DNA of 64,000 bases from Octopus vulgaris (GCA_951406725.2 OX597817.1:69378001-69442000); one strand, 5' to 3'; counted from the stretch's first letter, positions 11,331 to 25,668 are shown. Notes: a model not told the origin generated them from the letters alone. Program-made: numbers and translations.

Positions 11331-12594
11331 TTGACAAAGTACCCAGAAGAGATCCCAGGATGCATAAACCACAGATTCATAATCTCAGCTCACAAATTCA
11401 TCCTACTGAACAACTATTTCATGTTCGATACAGTTTATTATCAACAAAAATGTGGAATTGCAATGGGAACCCGAGCTGCTCCAGTGATTGCGAATCTTGT
11501 AATGGGGTTACCTAGATCTTAAGATATACCAATCATCACTACAAAAATATGGCACCTCACTTCATTGCTATTTAAAGGAGAACTGGAAGAGGTATTTAGA
11601 TGATTGCTTTATACTTTGGAAAGCTAGCATGGACAAACTCCTCGATTTCAAAATAATGCTCAACAGTATCAATAACAACATACAATTCACATTTCTTGAC
11701 ATCCTAATTAAAATAGCCAATTACCACATCGAAACAGACATCTATAAATCCACAGATTAAAAACAATGCCTATTATTCAACTCATGCCACCCCAAACACA
11801 TAAAAATTAATGTACCTTATAATCTAGCAAAAAGAATCTGTACCGTAATTTCAGATACCAATACTCATGAATGAAGACTCCTTGAACTCAGATCAATACT
11901 AATCAAGAGACATTACTCAACATCATTAATAAATGATGGGATTAAACGAGCAAAGGAAATAGACATACAAACATTAAGGGAAGTTAATCGAAATACAACA
12001 CAAGACTTAAAAATACTCCCATACATCTCCACACACAGCCCTAGAAACAATGAAGCCTTCAACATTATCAACCAAAATCTACCCATTCTCACAGAAGACA
12101 AAAATAATGAACAAAATTTTAGACTCACACAAAATTATCAAGAGTAAAATGCAACCGGAATCATTCAAAAAAATATTTACCAAGACAAGACTATATCCAT
12201 TAACAACAGAATCAAAAGTGAAAAAGTGCAGTTGGCCTAACTGTGGCACATACCCCTCCTTTTGGAGGGTACTGAGTTCCACTTTAAAAAAGGTGAAATA
12301 TTTAAGATTAAATCAAATTTCACCTGTGCCTCGGAAAACCTAATCTATGCCATTACCTGCTTAGGTCGTGGTAATCAATATATTGACCAAACAGGAATAT
12401 CACTCTGTTGAAGAACGACTCTTCACAAAGAACAAATCCGCCAACTAAAATACAGACAGATACAGGTCAGTGAACTCATAGAAAGGTGTGCTAAGAACCT
12501 TAATCCTAACTTCCTAATTTTCCTCTTCTATCAATGTTCAATGAACAAAGAGGCAACTTTCATTAATAAATTCCACCCACAACTTAACACATAA
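11331..12594 (+). pseudogene. Decayed Penelope-like retroelement ORF (reverse transcriptase, thumb, GIY-YIG endonuclease), Neptune-like
   Basis: YYQQKCGIAMGTRAAPVIANLVMG; WKRYLDDCF (YLDD 11593-11604); FLDILI; NSCHPKHIKINVPYNLAKRI; NLIYAITC...QYIDQTG; ends HPQLNT-stop. Several frameshifts and stops; 5'-truncated. Confidence 0.93.
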
Positions 12595-13859
12595 CATAAT
12601 ACAGAACACTACTAACCTTACCAATAATACCACTAACTCCCATACATCCCATACACCATTCTTATTACAGTATTATATCTATCCTAACTGCACTACATCC
12701 AGAACTACTTACCTCCCTTACACGTAATCTTTTTACCCAGGGACTATTAGGCCCAACACCATTTGGTAATCAGTGAGCATTCAAAGCCAGTGAACAGTAA
12801 TTGACAAAACCAGTATGACTTTGAATCCCTTTAACAATTCATAATAATGACTTTTATTCCTCTTAATTCTACCTCAGTTCATCTAATTGTATATATTTAT
12901 TGTTACTTTTCATTAAAAAAACCTTTATTTTTTTAATATCCAATGTGCATTTTTGCTTTTTCCTTCTTACTTTCCCCATACCATTTCCACGTGTAGTTTC
13001 TATTTTCTTTTTGAAACATATTTCTATTATATATATACATACCCATATATGTGTGGAAAGAGGTTGTTCTTTCCTAGAAATAATTATCCAAGAGTACACC
13101 GGTTTAGCTCCATATCAATTAACGATTCTGGGAATTCCATATGTGCATATGTACTAGTGCCTTTCATTGGTTCTACTCTGATTAGTACCTTACACTCTTG
13201 AAATCTCAATTGCTGCTATAGATGTTTTTATCTTTTATATATAGAAGAAAATGTTCTTATTTATTGGTAAAAATATAAATCTAGCTATGCACTTATTTGC
13301 TACTTTTTACTTTTTCTTTTGTTTATTCTTATTGTAAGAAGCTATATTATTTGTTATTAATAAAAATTATTTATTTAGATACATTACTTGGTAGTTTGGG
13401 TTCTTTCTTACACTTTATTTAATTAATGGTATAATTTACTATTTACACAGTGTTTATTTTTCCCTAAATTTATTTAATTTCAAAAAAAGTATATTTAACT
13501 ATAGAAACTTATGTATTGTATTATTCATACAGTGTTTATTTCGATTAAATTTATTCAAATTCAATAAATACAAATATAAATTTTACAATTATATATGAGT
13601 AGATAAAAAATCCCCTTCCCCTCTTATTAATAGTATGATTTATTTAGATATATTATAGATGGTTTGGGTTCCTACATTATTCATCACTAGTGTAGAAACA
13701 TGATTCTTAGGTAGCATACACTTGGTGTTTAATTTTTTAAATAAAAACTATTTAAAATCAATTTTAAGAATTATACTTATGCATAATTGAATTATTCACT
13801 CAGTGTCTATTTGAATATATTCATTTCAATTTATTTAAATTTATTAAATGTATATTTAA

Positions 13860-14440
13860 CCCTATGCACACGATAAAAATCCCTTTCTCTCTTGTTTAAT
13901 AATTTGTCTTTTGATGTTAGAGTTTGATAAAGTTCCTCTACACAGAGTTCACATCTTTTGTTCCCAATGCTATAAGAGTTTTCCCTGCTAATTATTTCTC
14001 ACCTAAGTGTATATTCCTTCTTTTTATCCTTAATCATCCAAATAAGTTTACTAAGACAAGTGCTAGCTTCTTCTTACCTATCCCTAAAGGTGTTTTCATG
14101 GTTCACTATCCTTTTTTTTTTTAAATATAATTTGCAGTAGAACCTATATAATAATAATTCTTTCACTCTGCTGTTACCTTACACCTGTATACAACCCCTT
14201 TTCTCAACAAAAATTCCTTAATGGACATCGATCCTCCCTAGTACAATCACAGATTTTATTTTTAGAAGTATTCTTTGTTTCCTTACCAGATATGCTCTGC
14301 TTGCATACTAAGTCTTCTGAGTTACTCTTGCTATATGTATTTGCTATGTTAGGAGTCCTAAATATTAACCTATCCATTTTTGCATTGCTTTCCTCATAGT
14401 CACTCTCATAATGCAACACTTTGTAATTTTGGTTCAAATT
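13860..14440 (-). pseudogene. Decayed Penelope-like GIY-YIG endonuclease C-terminus
   Basis: CDCTREDRCPLRNFC, KGVVYRCKV, YYYIGST, RIVNHENTF, LSKLIW, KRCELCVEE, LLNKR. Degenerate LTR-like direct repeats follow at about 13330-13860. Confidence 0.85.
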
Positions 14441-14939
14441 AAAAGTGAGAAATTATTTTCACTTTTCAATGAAACCTGGTTGCAGTAGAGCAGTGTCTTT
14501 CAAATAACTAATGCTGATCATTGAGATAACGTAGAAAATATGTCAATGAAAATAAAGTTTATTTAGTAGCTAAAAGATTACATCAAAATCAGCAACTCAA
14601 TTTTCGAATGCATAAGGAACACACACACACACACACACACACAAAGACACACACACATGCATACAAACTCTCTTATTTATATAGATAACAGATTTGTTTG
14701 TGAGATTCATGAATCCTAAGTTCAAAGTAAATGGACTGATAAGTCATAATCAGTAAACATAGAGGGTAGCAAGTTGTGACACTACATTACTAAATAACCA
14801 GAGATATGATAATTTCAGCCATGGGAGTCATTCAAGATTTTATCTTTGTTTCTTATAGCTGTGAACTCTTTGACCACTTCTTAGGACTCAGAGTCAAGAT
14901 CCACATAGTCTTGAAATTCCTGAATTTTGTGTGCTTATT

Positions 14940-15290
14940 TCTACCTTTTCATTTTTTACGTATTTCAATGATTTTTGACTGTAGCCATGCTGGGACACCA
15001 CTTTAAAGGGTTTTAGTCAAACAAATCAACCCCAGGGCTTATTATTTTAAAGACTGGTGCTTATTTTATCGGTCTCTTTTGCTGAACTGCTAAGTTACAG
15101 GGATGTAATCACACCAACACTACTTGTCGAGCAGTGGTGGGGAACAAACACAGACACACACATAGATATATGCATATATATATATATATATATATACTCA
15201 CGATGGGTTTCTTTCAGCTTCCATCTTCCAAATCCTTTCATAAGACTTTCTTTGGCCCAAATCTATAGTAGAAGACACTTGCCCAGTGGC
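14940..15290 (-). mobile_element. CORE-like SINE family A
   Basis: Reverse complement of the family (TATAGTAGAAGACACTTGCCCA; GACTGTAGCCATGCTGG). Confidence 0.75.
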
Positions 15291-16631
15291 ACTGTTTACA
15301 AGAGTACAAAAATTTGGTTAGTTGAGTTTTCAACAAACCTAGATCTAGCTGTTGGAGGGATGGGGTAAACAATACCAATCAACATAGGAGTGTTTTCATG
15401 AGCTTTCTCAACTTGCTGGAAACAGCAACTAAATCACCCCTCAAACTGCACATTACTGTCTATACAGTTATGAAGCAAACTTCTTAACCATATAACCATG
15501 CCTACATCAAATTTCAAAGAAATAGGGATCAGTCATTTTTGGTCAGAGGTCAGCTTGGACAGGGCAAACTGGAGTGCTGAACAACAACAACAACACACAC
15601 ACACACACACACACACATTCATATAGATTTGTTAAAAGCTTCACTCTGACTCTTTTTGATGTTAAAAAAAAACATTTACATTTTGTTTCTACTCTTCTTT
15701 AATCTTATTCTATTTTATTTATCTATTTATTTATTTTGTTTAATTCCTAAGTGAAAAATAAATCTTTAAAGACATTTTGCTAAGAATGCAACAATATAGA
15801 TACAAAAACAAAAAAAATGTAAAAATAAATATACATTAGCGTTTGAATTTTATTACAACTATTGTTGTTGTTATCATCATCATCATCATCATCATTATTG
15901 TATTTGCTTTTTTGTATTTGACAGAGTATGACATTAAATGACTTTTAACGAAATAAATAAGATGCTTAGATTATTTATTGTATATTTTCTTTCATTCCTC
16001 TTCATATTTTAAAAAAAAAATAAACAATATTGTCAACTAAATTCAGTTTATATTCACATTGTAGTTTTTTTTGTTTTTTGTTTTCTTTTTGTTTTGTTTT
16101 GTTTCCTTTTCGTTTTGTGTTTTTTTTTTCTTTTCTTTTCTTTTTCGATTCTAAAGTTTATAAAACAATATTTATCAATTAACTATATTGCTTGTTAAAT
16201 TAACACTACAATACCAAAGCCACTCAAATTTAGTAGTAAACAATCACCATTACCTTACCACCACCACCACCCCCTCCACCTCCACCACCGCCACACCTGC
16301 TACAGCCACCACTGCTGCTGCTACTACCACTACTACTATTATTACTACAACTATTATTATTATAATGATATACAAGTGTTGCATCAAAAGCTAGCTTTAA
16401 CTGGAAGGCGGGGAGGAGGAAATCCCTCACACACACACACACACACATCCCCCACCTGTTGTTTGTTTATTAGTTGTCACTGTTTATGTGTATATGTTAT
16501 ATAATACATAAATCAAACGAGACCAACTTTTCAATACGGAACAAAACATTTCTCCTTTGTGTGAAACATACAATAATAAGAAAGAAAAGAAAGGAGATGA
16601 AAGAGGAAATGACAAAAAGAAAGTACAAAGG

Positions 16632-16691
16632 GAAGAAGAAGAAGAAGAAGAAGAAGAAGAAGAAGAAGAAGAAGAAGAAGAAGAAGAAGAA
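16632..16691. repeat. (GAA)n microsatellite
   Basis: About 20 perfect GAA units. Confidence 0.95.
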
Positions 16692-16837
16692 ATAATCATA
16701 GAAAAATATACTGTATAGAGTGCAAAAACTTGCTTTCTTTCTTAGTCAGCAAGCTCAGCTGAATTAGTCTTGTAGATGCCTCCCATCATTATTTATCTAA
16801 GGATGCAACCAAAAGAATATTAGTGTGTGCAAATATA

Positions 16838-17980
16838 TCATCATCATCACCATCATATAACATCCATTGTCCTCGCTGGCATGGGTTGGACGATGTGAAC
16901 AGAGCTGGCAAGCTGGGAGTGGGGGGGTGTTTGTACCAGACTCCAGTCTGATTTGGCATGGTTTCTACAACTAGATGCCTTTCCTGATGCAAACCACTTT
17001 TATGTGGTACTGCATGGGTGCTTTTTCATGGCACCACACAGCCCTTTTACATGGCACTGTACAGGGGCTTTTACATGTCACCACTCACACATACACATAT
17101 ATATAAATACACACACACACACATGGCACACTCAGACACATATATAGATAGATAAATAGATACATATTATCATCATCTTTGTCTTCATTTACCTTCCATT
17201 TATCCATGCTGGCATGGACTGGATGGTTTGACATGATCCAGCAAGCCTTAGGACTGTGTAAAGCTCCAATGTCAGCTTTTGATATGGTTTCCATAGCTGG
17301 ATGTTCTTCCTATCAGCAACCACTTTACAAATTGTACTGGCTGCATTTTTTTTTCTTTGTGAGGTTGCCAAATATCTTGTGAAACATAAAAGAAATGGAA
17401 AAAAGAAAAAGGGAAGAAAGGAAAAGCTTTCTCTTCTAAATGGGAGAGTTAGTATTTGAGAGGAGGAAGAGAAATAATGGTTGTATACCAGGTGTTGAGA
17501 GAATAAAGTGTGATGGCAAAATAAGCCCATTATTATAGTTTACAATAAATAATTCATTTTTGTTTAAGTATCAACAAACACAGACATCTCAAGTGTGCTT
17601 CCATGACATCTGAACTCAATTGTAGTTAGATGGTTTATAATCCGATACCTACATTACCTCTCAACATCCTATCATCATCATTTAGCATCCATTTTCCATG
17701 TTGTCATGGGTTAGATGGTTTGACTGAAACTGTTAAGCCAGAGGGCTGTACCAGGTTTCAGTCTGTTTTGGCCTGGTTTCTACAGCTGGATGCCCTTTAA
17801 TAATGCCAACCACTCTGCAAAGTTTAATGTGTTGCCAGCACAAGGGTACTGTTAACGTATCACCTGTACTAGCCTTGACTACAATTTCACTAAGCATGAC
17901 GGTGTCTTCTCAGGCATAGCAAATCATCAACAGCCCCATCACTTGTCACTACCTCCATGAGATTCAACATCCAAAGACCC
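16838..17980 (-). mobile_element. Three RTE 3' UTR-derived repeat copies (about 16838-17090, 17170-17380, 17670-17980)
   Basis: Each has a (CAT)n-like start, a CATGGGTTGGA-like motif and a TTTCTACAGCTGGATGCC-like motif. Confidence 0.7.
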
Positions 17981-18016
17981 TATATTTAAAATCCTATACA
18001 TAACATAACCCTTTCT

Positions 18017-18248
18017 TATTTCTTTATTGCCCACAAGGGGCTAAACATAGAGGGGACAAACAAGGACAGACAAATGGATTAAGTCGATTACATCGATCCC
18101 AGTGCATAACTGGTGCTTAATTTATCGCCTCTGAAAGGATGAAAGGCAAAGTCGACCTCGGTGGAATTTGAACTCAGAACGCAGTGGTGGACAAAATACC
18201 ACAAAGCATTTCTTCCGGCGTGCTAACATTTCTGCCAGCTCACCGCCT
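18017..18248 (-). mobile_element. Full-length Meta/MESC-like SINE with 16-bp target-site duplication
   Basis: TAACATAACCCTTTCT at 18001-18016 and 18249-18264; tRNA-like head, core and CCCCTTGTGGGCAATAAAGAAAT tail. Confidence 0.9.
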
Positions 18249-19049
18249 TAACATAACCCTTTCTGTCCCACATACATTGCACTGACAACCATGCTAAACT
18301 ACAGTAGACAGTATGCATCTTGTACATCACCCCCCCACCTGACATGGCCAGTCTAGCTGGCTATCACCATTTACATATGGCTTCCTTCACCCTAGACCAC
18401 TTAGCATCCCCTCTCCCTACTCATACAGATATGAATCATTCCTCTTTATATATATTCCACTGACTCTAGAAATTCATATATCTATCCCTTGATATGATTG
18501 TTAGTTTCTATCTATCCTCATATTAATACAACCTTATTTTCTCTGCCTCTTCTTCTTTTAACCTTTCTCTATACTCCACAATAGCTGTTTAGCAAAGTTT
18601 TCTGCTAAGATTCTACCACATTCCTCCTCCAAAAATATAACAGATCACTGCTATATCTCATTTGCTGTTATATATTTATTTATATAACAGATTGCTGTTA
18701 TATATTTATTTTGTACAAGATACACCATATGCACATTATTCCTGAAACAGCTGTAGATTTTCTGCATACCTTATTACTTCCTCCCTTCTTATGATCTCTA
18801 CTCATGTAACAATTCAGACATCTTGTTAAAAGATCTGTCATAATCTAACCCAATATAGTTGTTTGCTTGTTTATACTCTTATCCTTTTATACGCTTGTAC
18901 ATGCTCAACTGATAAACTGCTTATAGGCAATCATCATCAAGCAGCTATACCATCCCCACTTTTAGTTGCAGCTGGAATTTTAGGCAGCAAGTCAGCCTTG
19001 AGCACTAGCTGTATGTACCTATTACTTTATATCATCAGATGTAAGCATA

Positions 19050-19432
19050 GTAGTGGCTGTGTGGTAAGTAACTTGCTAACGAACTACATGGTCCCTGGTT
19101 CAGTCCCACTGCATGGCACCTTGGGCAAGTGTCTTCTACTGAAGCCTCAGGCCGACCAAAGCCTTGTGAGTGGATTTGGTAGATGGAAACTGAAAAAAGC
19201 TCGTCGTATATATGTATATGTGTGTGTGTGTGTGTGTGTTTGTGTTTCTCTCCCCAACATTGCTTGACAACCGATGCTGGTGGATTTACGTCCCCATAAC
19301 TTAGCAGTTTGGCAAAAGAGACCGATAGAATAAGTACTAGGCTTACAAAGAATAAGTCCTTTGGGCGATTTGCTCGACTAAAGGCGGTGCTCCAGCATGG
19401 CCACAGTCAAATGACTGAAACGAGTAAAAGAG
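19050..19432 (+). mobile_element. Full-length CORE-like SINE family A
   Basis: GTGGCTGTGTGGTAAG head, GGTTCAGTCCC, CACCTTGGGCAAGTG core, internal TA/TG tract and AGTAAAAG tail. Confidence 0.88.
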
Positions 19433-19468
19433 ATGTGATATTACTTGAATTATATATATATATTTATA

Positions 19469-19519
<51 letters not shown>

Positions 19520-20496
19520 AAGAGAGAAAGAATATGAGGAATTTTTGTCAAGATGACTCAACCTAGTAGGTATACATTCTGAGTGCTCAAATAGATGTGC
19601 CACCAAAATTTCAGTTTGGACAGCAGTTGAAGTTATGTGATTGTCTTGTTCAAAAATGGCAAGAGGTGGCATCCCTTTGATTCAGTAGGTACAGGTTATA
19701 TATATTAACACACACACACATGTATGGTTTGATAAGTGTCAACACACAAAACTCTCAGCCCTTGAGTCACTGTAACTTCTGTCAATTATTAACGAAAATC
19801 ATTTATATACTCATGCTTGTAGTTCTATTTTCCTGTTTGCATCACCAAACCTAAATATATACATATATATATATATATATATTCACACACACACATACAT
19901 ACTCACTCACACCTGCATACACTTAATTGCATCTACATTCACAAATTACATATCCAACCACAACTACTCGTGCATGTTTGTGTTTGCATGGTGAGGTTAT
20001 ACAGATTCATGTTTGTGGATAGATTGTAAGCTGACAGTTTTGAAACCATAAGACCCTGTACTGATTCAGTAATTGCATTGTAATGCTTGAAAAATATGCA
20101 TTTTAATGATGTATTGACTTTCTTTTTGAAATTCAATTAATGTATATATTCAATCTTAGTGTGAAAGAATTTCTTGCTTAAAAGCCCAAGATAAAAGTGT
20201 ATTGAAATCAGTCGTACCAGCATCACAACATCAATTTTTAATGGATTGAGTCATTAGCTGGCATGAAGTTTACATTTTCTGCTCTTCCCAATAATATATA
20301 AATAATTTATAAAATTCAAAAACTATGTTTAAGACTGAAACAAAAAAACTTTTTTGATGGTAAGATTATGTTAAACATTTTTATATTTTGAACTCAAATC
20401 TTGCTTAAGATATTTTCCCTTTTTTAATTTTTAATCTTTTCTGCTTCTAGGATTAGGAGGGAGTGGCTTTATTCATGGCTTTCACAGACACTTTAA

Positions 20497-20716
20497 CCCT
20501 TTCATTACCAACCTGGCTGAAACCGGCTCTGGCTCTGAGTACAAATATCTTGTTTTCAAAAGTTTTGAACTAAAATCTTCCACCAAACCTTAGTCACAAT
20601 TTATGTTCTTAACACTAGCTGAATGATAACTAAGTTATTTTACTAAATTCTTTGTTATATTTAAAGTAATTGAAAGAAGCACAGAGCATCTCAAAATAAA
20701 TACAGTAATGAAAGGG
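20497..20716. mobile_element. piggyBac-type MITE
   Basis: TTAA duplications at 20493-20496 and 20717-20720; TIRs CCCTTTCATTAC / GTAATGAAAGGG. A decayed relative lies at about 40560-40830. Confidence 0.9.
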
Positions 20717-21528
20717 TTAAGATTGAAATTTTAAAGGTGGTTATATAGGACCTAAGTTTCCAAAGCACTGAATCATCTACAAGCCAAATCTAGGTTCATT
20801 GATGCTTAACTTTGGGGAATAGATGAGAACCAACATTTCTAACATGATATGGCAGTCTAGAAATACTAAGATTTATGTAATCAACTATACACATCAAGGT
20901 TAGTGGTACCCCTGCATGAAACCAATAAAATAATATAATATATTAAATTCAATTCTTAAGTTGCTTAATGCTTCCTCTTATATTTTTGAGGATCTTAGTT
21001 AAATGTTTTATACTATAGCTTTGGGATAAGCGTTGTAACTGAAAATGAATACACAGAATATGTGTAGAATCACATTGGATAGACTGCATCTGTAATTTAA
21101 AGAGATAGTTTGTCACACTGTGCCACTTTGATTCTGCTTGAAAATTGCCTAAACCCAAATCTTTGTTCCAATTTAGAACACCATTCATAGGTAACTGCAA
21201 GGGAATTTTTATGGAAAGGTTTTATACTGAATTATCACTGTACTTATAAAAGATTAGGCTCATTCCCCATGCTGTACATAAAGCTGTTTCAATTTTGGCA
21301 GGATGAGTGAAAATATACAATAGGCATTGGTAATACAAATATTACACAGTAGGGCTAGAAGCTGGACGGGTCTCTGAAAGTGGTTGACATTAGGAAGGGC
21401 ATCCAAATGTAGAAACTAAGCCAAAGCAGACAATGCACCCTGGCACAGTTTTCTGGTTTGCCAGTTCCTGTCAAACTGTCCAACCCATGCCAACATGGAA
21501 AACAGACGTTAATTGATGCTGATGATGT

Positions 21529-21570
<42 letters not shown>

Positions 21571-21591
21571 GAGAGAGAGAGAGAGAGAGAG

Positions 21592-21655
<64 letters not shown>

Positions 21656-22621
21656 TGATAGATTCCAACCCATGCCAGCATGGAAAGCAGATGTAAAATG
21701 AGGATGATGGTATGAATGTGTATATCTGTTCGTGTGTTAGTGCCTGTGTGTGTGTTGTACATTTGTATGTGTGTATGCATCTTTTGCTGCCGTATATTGC
21801 TAAGAAAACTGATAAAATTACACTTTTGAATGGATGTACTGTGTAGCATTGTATTCTGCCCTAATTGCACAGACAAAACCTGCCCTTAAAATTTGCACCA
21901 ACCTTAATACAGTAAACATTGAATGTCTCCTATTGAAACCTTGTAACCAACAATGTGGCTACTGTTCAGAAAAATGCATTATGAAATAAATAAATAAATA
22001 AATAATTCACTATACTGCAAATTGTGTACAGGTGTTACTCACTAATTTATTGTGATGAATTTTGGACAACTTCCAGACTTAATCAGAAACTAATTTCCAC
22101 TTTAGACAGTATTTACTTTGTTTCTAAATGGAAATTTTAAAGATAAATTTCTAACAATGCATTACTGATATATTTATAGAGGTTCTCTTTATTTTTTATT
22201 AGATTAAAATGATGGCTAACTCTTAATTGTTTCAATAAATGCTTTGACAAAAAAAAAATGAATTTATAGTAAAAGATTTCAGAAAGAAGGAAAAAGAAGC
22301 AACAAAAACAACAGTATGAGATAGTTAATTTTACAATGAAAGGAAGCTACAGGGGAGAGTTAAATGTTTCAGATTGTAGTCCTTTGTCATAAGAGAAAGA
22401 GGGGGAAAAAAGAGAGACAAAAGAAAGAGTGGAGTGTTGGCAATAGGTATAGACATGATGTGTGGTTAAGAACCATGCTTTGCAACTATGTGGTTTCTGG
22501 TTTAGTACTACTGTAGTGCCCAAGCCAATTGGTGCCTTGTGAGAGAATTTGTTTAAACAGAAACCATGTGATATGTAAGAGAGATGACAAAGGAATAAAT
22601 GTTCAACTTATGAACTCCATT

Positions 22622-22700
22622 AGCTTACAGCTGTTTCTACTATAAGATGCAGTGGACTCATAGTTGAGTGCCTGAATAAGCTTGTAGCTTCATCAGAGCC
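22622..22700 (-). ncRNA. Type I hammerhead ribozyme motif
   Basis: Minus strand: GGCT-CTGATGA-A-GCTA...TAGT-A-GAAAC-AGCT-GTA-AGCT. Lies within a short insert that splits a family A SINE (about 22455-22570 and 22860-23000). Confidence 0.7.
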
Positions 22701-23574
22701 TTGAATACGAAGTGGAATTTATTTGGAAAAGAATTACAATTGTGCCTGTTTAGAGAATGGCATCAACAATGAGAAAAGTCAACACACACACACATATATA
22801 TAATGGGTTATATATGTGTGTCTGCATATATATATATAAAACAGGTTATATGTAATATATGTGTGTGTGTATGTTTGTAACTGTGCTCTCCATTGTTTAA
22901 CAACTGGTGCTGGTTTGTTTGCAGCCCTGTAACTTAGGCAGAGCTCCAGCATGGCTGCAATCCAATAAGAGAAACAAGTAAGAAATTAAGGATAAAAGAA
23001 TGGTTCTACTGTTGAGAAATCACGATCTGAAATATTGAATACAAGAACAAAAAACTCACACTCACTTCCCATATCAATCTCAGCATTATTCTTTCCATCC
23101 ATTCCATATACTCACTCTCAGCTAGCTTCCAGACTGAAGCAACAAAACCACTATTTGCTCATGGCAACTGAACTTATTGAACTCTTCTATAAACTCAGAT
23201 TTGCACAAATTGATACCCAATATATTTTACTATGATTTTATATTTTACTCAATAGTCAATAGGCATTATACAATTCAAATAAAAGATAAAGTCAATTTTA
23301 GCTTTTTCAATGGATGCTCTTGTACTACATTGATACGCAGACACACACTCACATAGAGAAGCAGAGCAAACATTGTACAGCATAGTGCATTCGCTGTTTG
23401 TTTCCAGCAAAGAAAAATTTTTTAAATTCTCATACAAAAGAAGACACAGTGATATCTTTAATTTTCAACCTTAGATAGGACACTTTTCAGCATTGCTTTA
23501 CCATGATTGTCAGTCCTAGAATGGACATGTACAACACAGCTTTACCTTGATTTTCAGACCTAGTATAGTATTTG

Positions 23575-23900
23575 TGATACCTGTGCCAGTGGCACGTAAA
23601 AAGCACCATCTGAACGTGGCCAATGCCAGTGCTGCCTTGACTGGCTTCTGTGCTGGTGGCACATAAAAAGCACCAACTTATTGTGGCTGTTGACAGCCTC
23701 CTCTCGCCCCTGTGACGGTGGCATGTAAAAGCACCCACTACACTCACGGAGTGATTGGCATTAGGAAGGGCATCCAGCTGTAGAAACACTGACAGATCAG
23801 ACTGGAGCCTGGTGCAGCCTCCTGACTTCCCAGACACCGGTCGAACCATCCATCCCATGCTAGCATGGAAAACGGACGCTAAACGATAATGATGATGATG
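23575..23900 (+). mobile_element. RTE 3' UTR-derived repeat with internal GTGCCAGTGGCAC tandem units
   Basis: Four GTGCCRGTGGCAYGTAAAAAGCACC-like units, then TTAGGAAGGGCATCCAGCTGTAGAAAC and (GAT)n. Confidence 0.8.
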
Positions 23901-24782
23901 ATATATTTACATACAATAAATACAAAAATGGGAGAACACAAACCATCCAGACAGGTGATACAAAAAAGGGACAACCAAACAACCAGACAGACAATACAAA
24001 GAAAACAAGGACGGGTTATTTAGAGTTTTCTTTCCTCAGTCGAGTTCCAGATTATCTTTGCAATTTCGGTTGGTTATACTCGAGATTGCTCCAATCTGGC
24101 TAGTCCCAAGGAAAAACTAAGCTAACAACACTAGATTAAGCAAATGTATATGAAAACAAGGCCAGAAAAAAATGGAGAAATAGTACACAAATACAAATAA
24201 CAGGACATAACAACAGGTGTCTTTCGACTAAGGATGAATTAAATTAAGCTGGCGTGTGTGGAAGTAAAGCCTTACAGCAGGCACAGGAAGGGACATAGAT
24301 GTTGTGTGGATGGTAGTTGAACCAAGAAAGAAAGGTCAGGCTTGGCCAAACACCAGTCACGTGGGAGAAAAGAGAGAAAGGTAGAGGCAGAAGGATAGAA
24401 GAATTAAGGAGGGGCGAGAAAAAATGAAAGGGACAGAGTGAAGTGAAAGCGGGAAGGTGAGCATGAAGAAAAGGCTAGGAAATGTGAGAGAGGGGGAATG
24501 AAAGAATGAAGAGTGGAATGAACGAAGTGTGAAGGGGCTCATAGAAAGATGGGAAGAATGAAAGAATAGAAAGAATAATAGAGTCATACAAAATTTAGAT
24601 ATATATATATACTTACATACATGAGACCAAAGTGCATTCATGCCGCTATATTTTTATATATAAAAAATGCAAAAATGGGACAAGAATGCAAAACATCCAG
24701 ACAGACAATACAAAGTAAACCATCCAACCCATGCCAGCATGGAAAGCAGACGTTAAACGATGATGGTGATGATGATGATATA

Positions 24783-24830
<48 letters not shown>

Positions 24831-25608
24831 AGTATGTCTGTGTGTGTATATATATATACACTCATGTGTGTATATATATATATATATACTCACAATGGTC
24901 ATCTTTCTCTGTACCAGCTCCACTCACAATAGGTTTGATCAGCCCAGGACTATTGCAGAAAACTTTTGCCGAAGGTTTGATGCAGTGGGATTGAAACTGA
25001 AACCATACTGTCATGAGACAAACTTCTTAACCATGCAACCTCTTAGTCTATTTACAATTTTACTACTTTTCAGATATTGCAGATTGCTTAGAATTTTGCT
25101 AGCATTCACCAATTCCATTTTGGTCTTTTTGTATTTTTTTTTTTTATTTTCACTGCTGTTATAAACCTTCTGGCCCCCAAAATGTTACATGTTGCCTTTT
25201 GTAGCAAGGTACCATAACTCTGTTAAACCACTTTCACTTCTATTTGTTCTGACAATAAAGCAGCTTCCAACTCTATTAGGCTCTACATTAATTGCAACAC
25301 TTTCTCTTATGTGTTCTCTTTAACTTTCTGGCCTAGAAAAGTATTTGCAGATAATGCATTTTGCTCAAAACCCCAGTAGTAAATACACCCCCCCACACCC
25401 ATGCAGACACACAGAACTGCACATTTTTCTATATGCTCACACACACACACATATACCTATGTATAGCTATCTGTCTATCTATCCATCTATCTATCTATAT
25501 AGTTCATTACAATCAATTTCCTTCAAGCAAGTATACATTAGTTTATGCACTTGTTTACATGCATATAAACACAGACAAGCATACAAACATATAAATCAAT
25601 TGATATAC

Positions 25609-25668
<60 letters not shown>

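Noticed and set aside
19343-21330. Minus-strand protein-like ORFs (19343-19672, 20949-21200)
   Set aside because: No recognisable domain, weak splice sites and frequent stops; possibly an old TE but unsupported.
24000-24140. Minus-strand CCGAAATTGCAA and CTGAGGA in an LTR-like repeat
   Set aside because: Order and pairing do not give a valid hammerhead core; left as an unclassified repeat (about 23910-24720).
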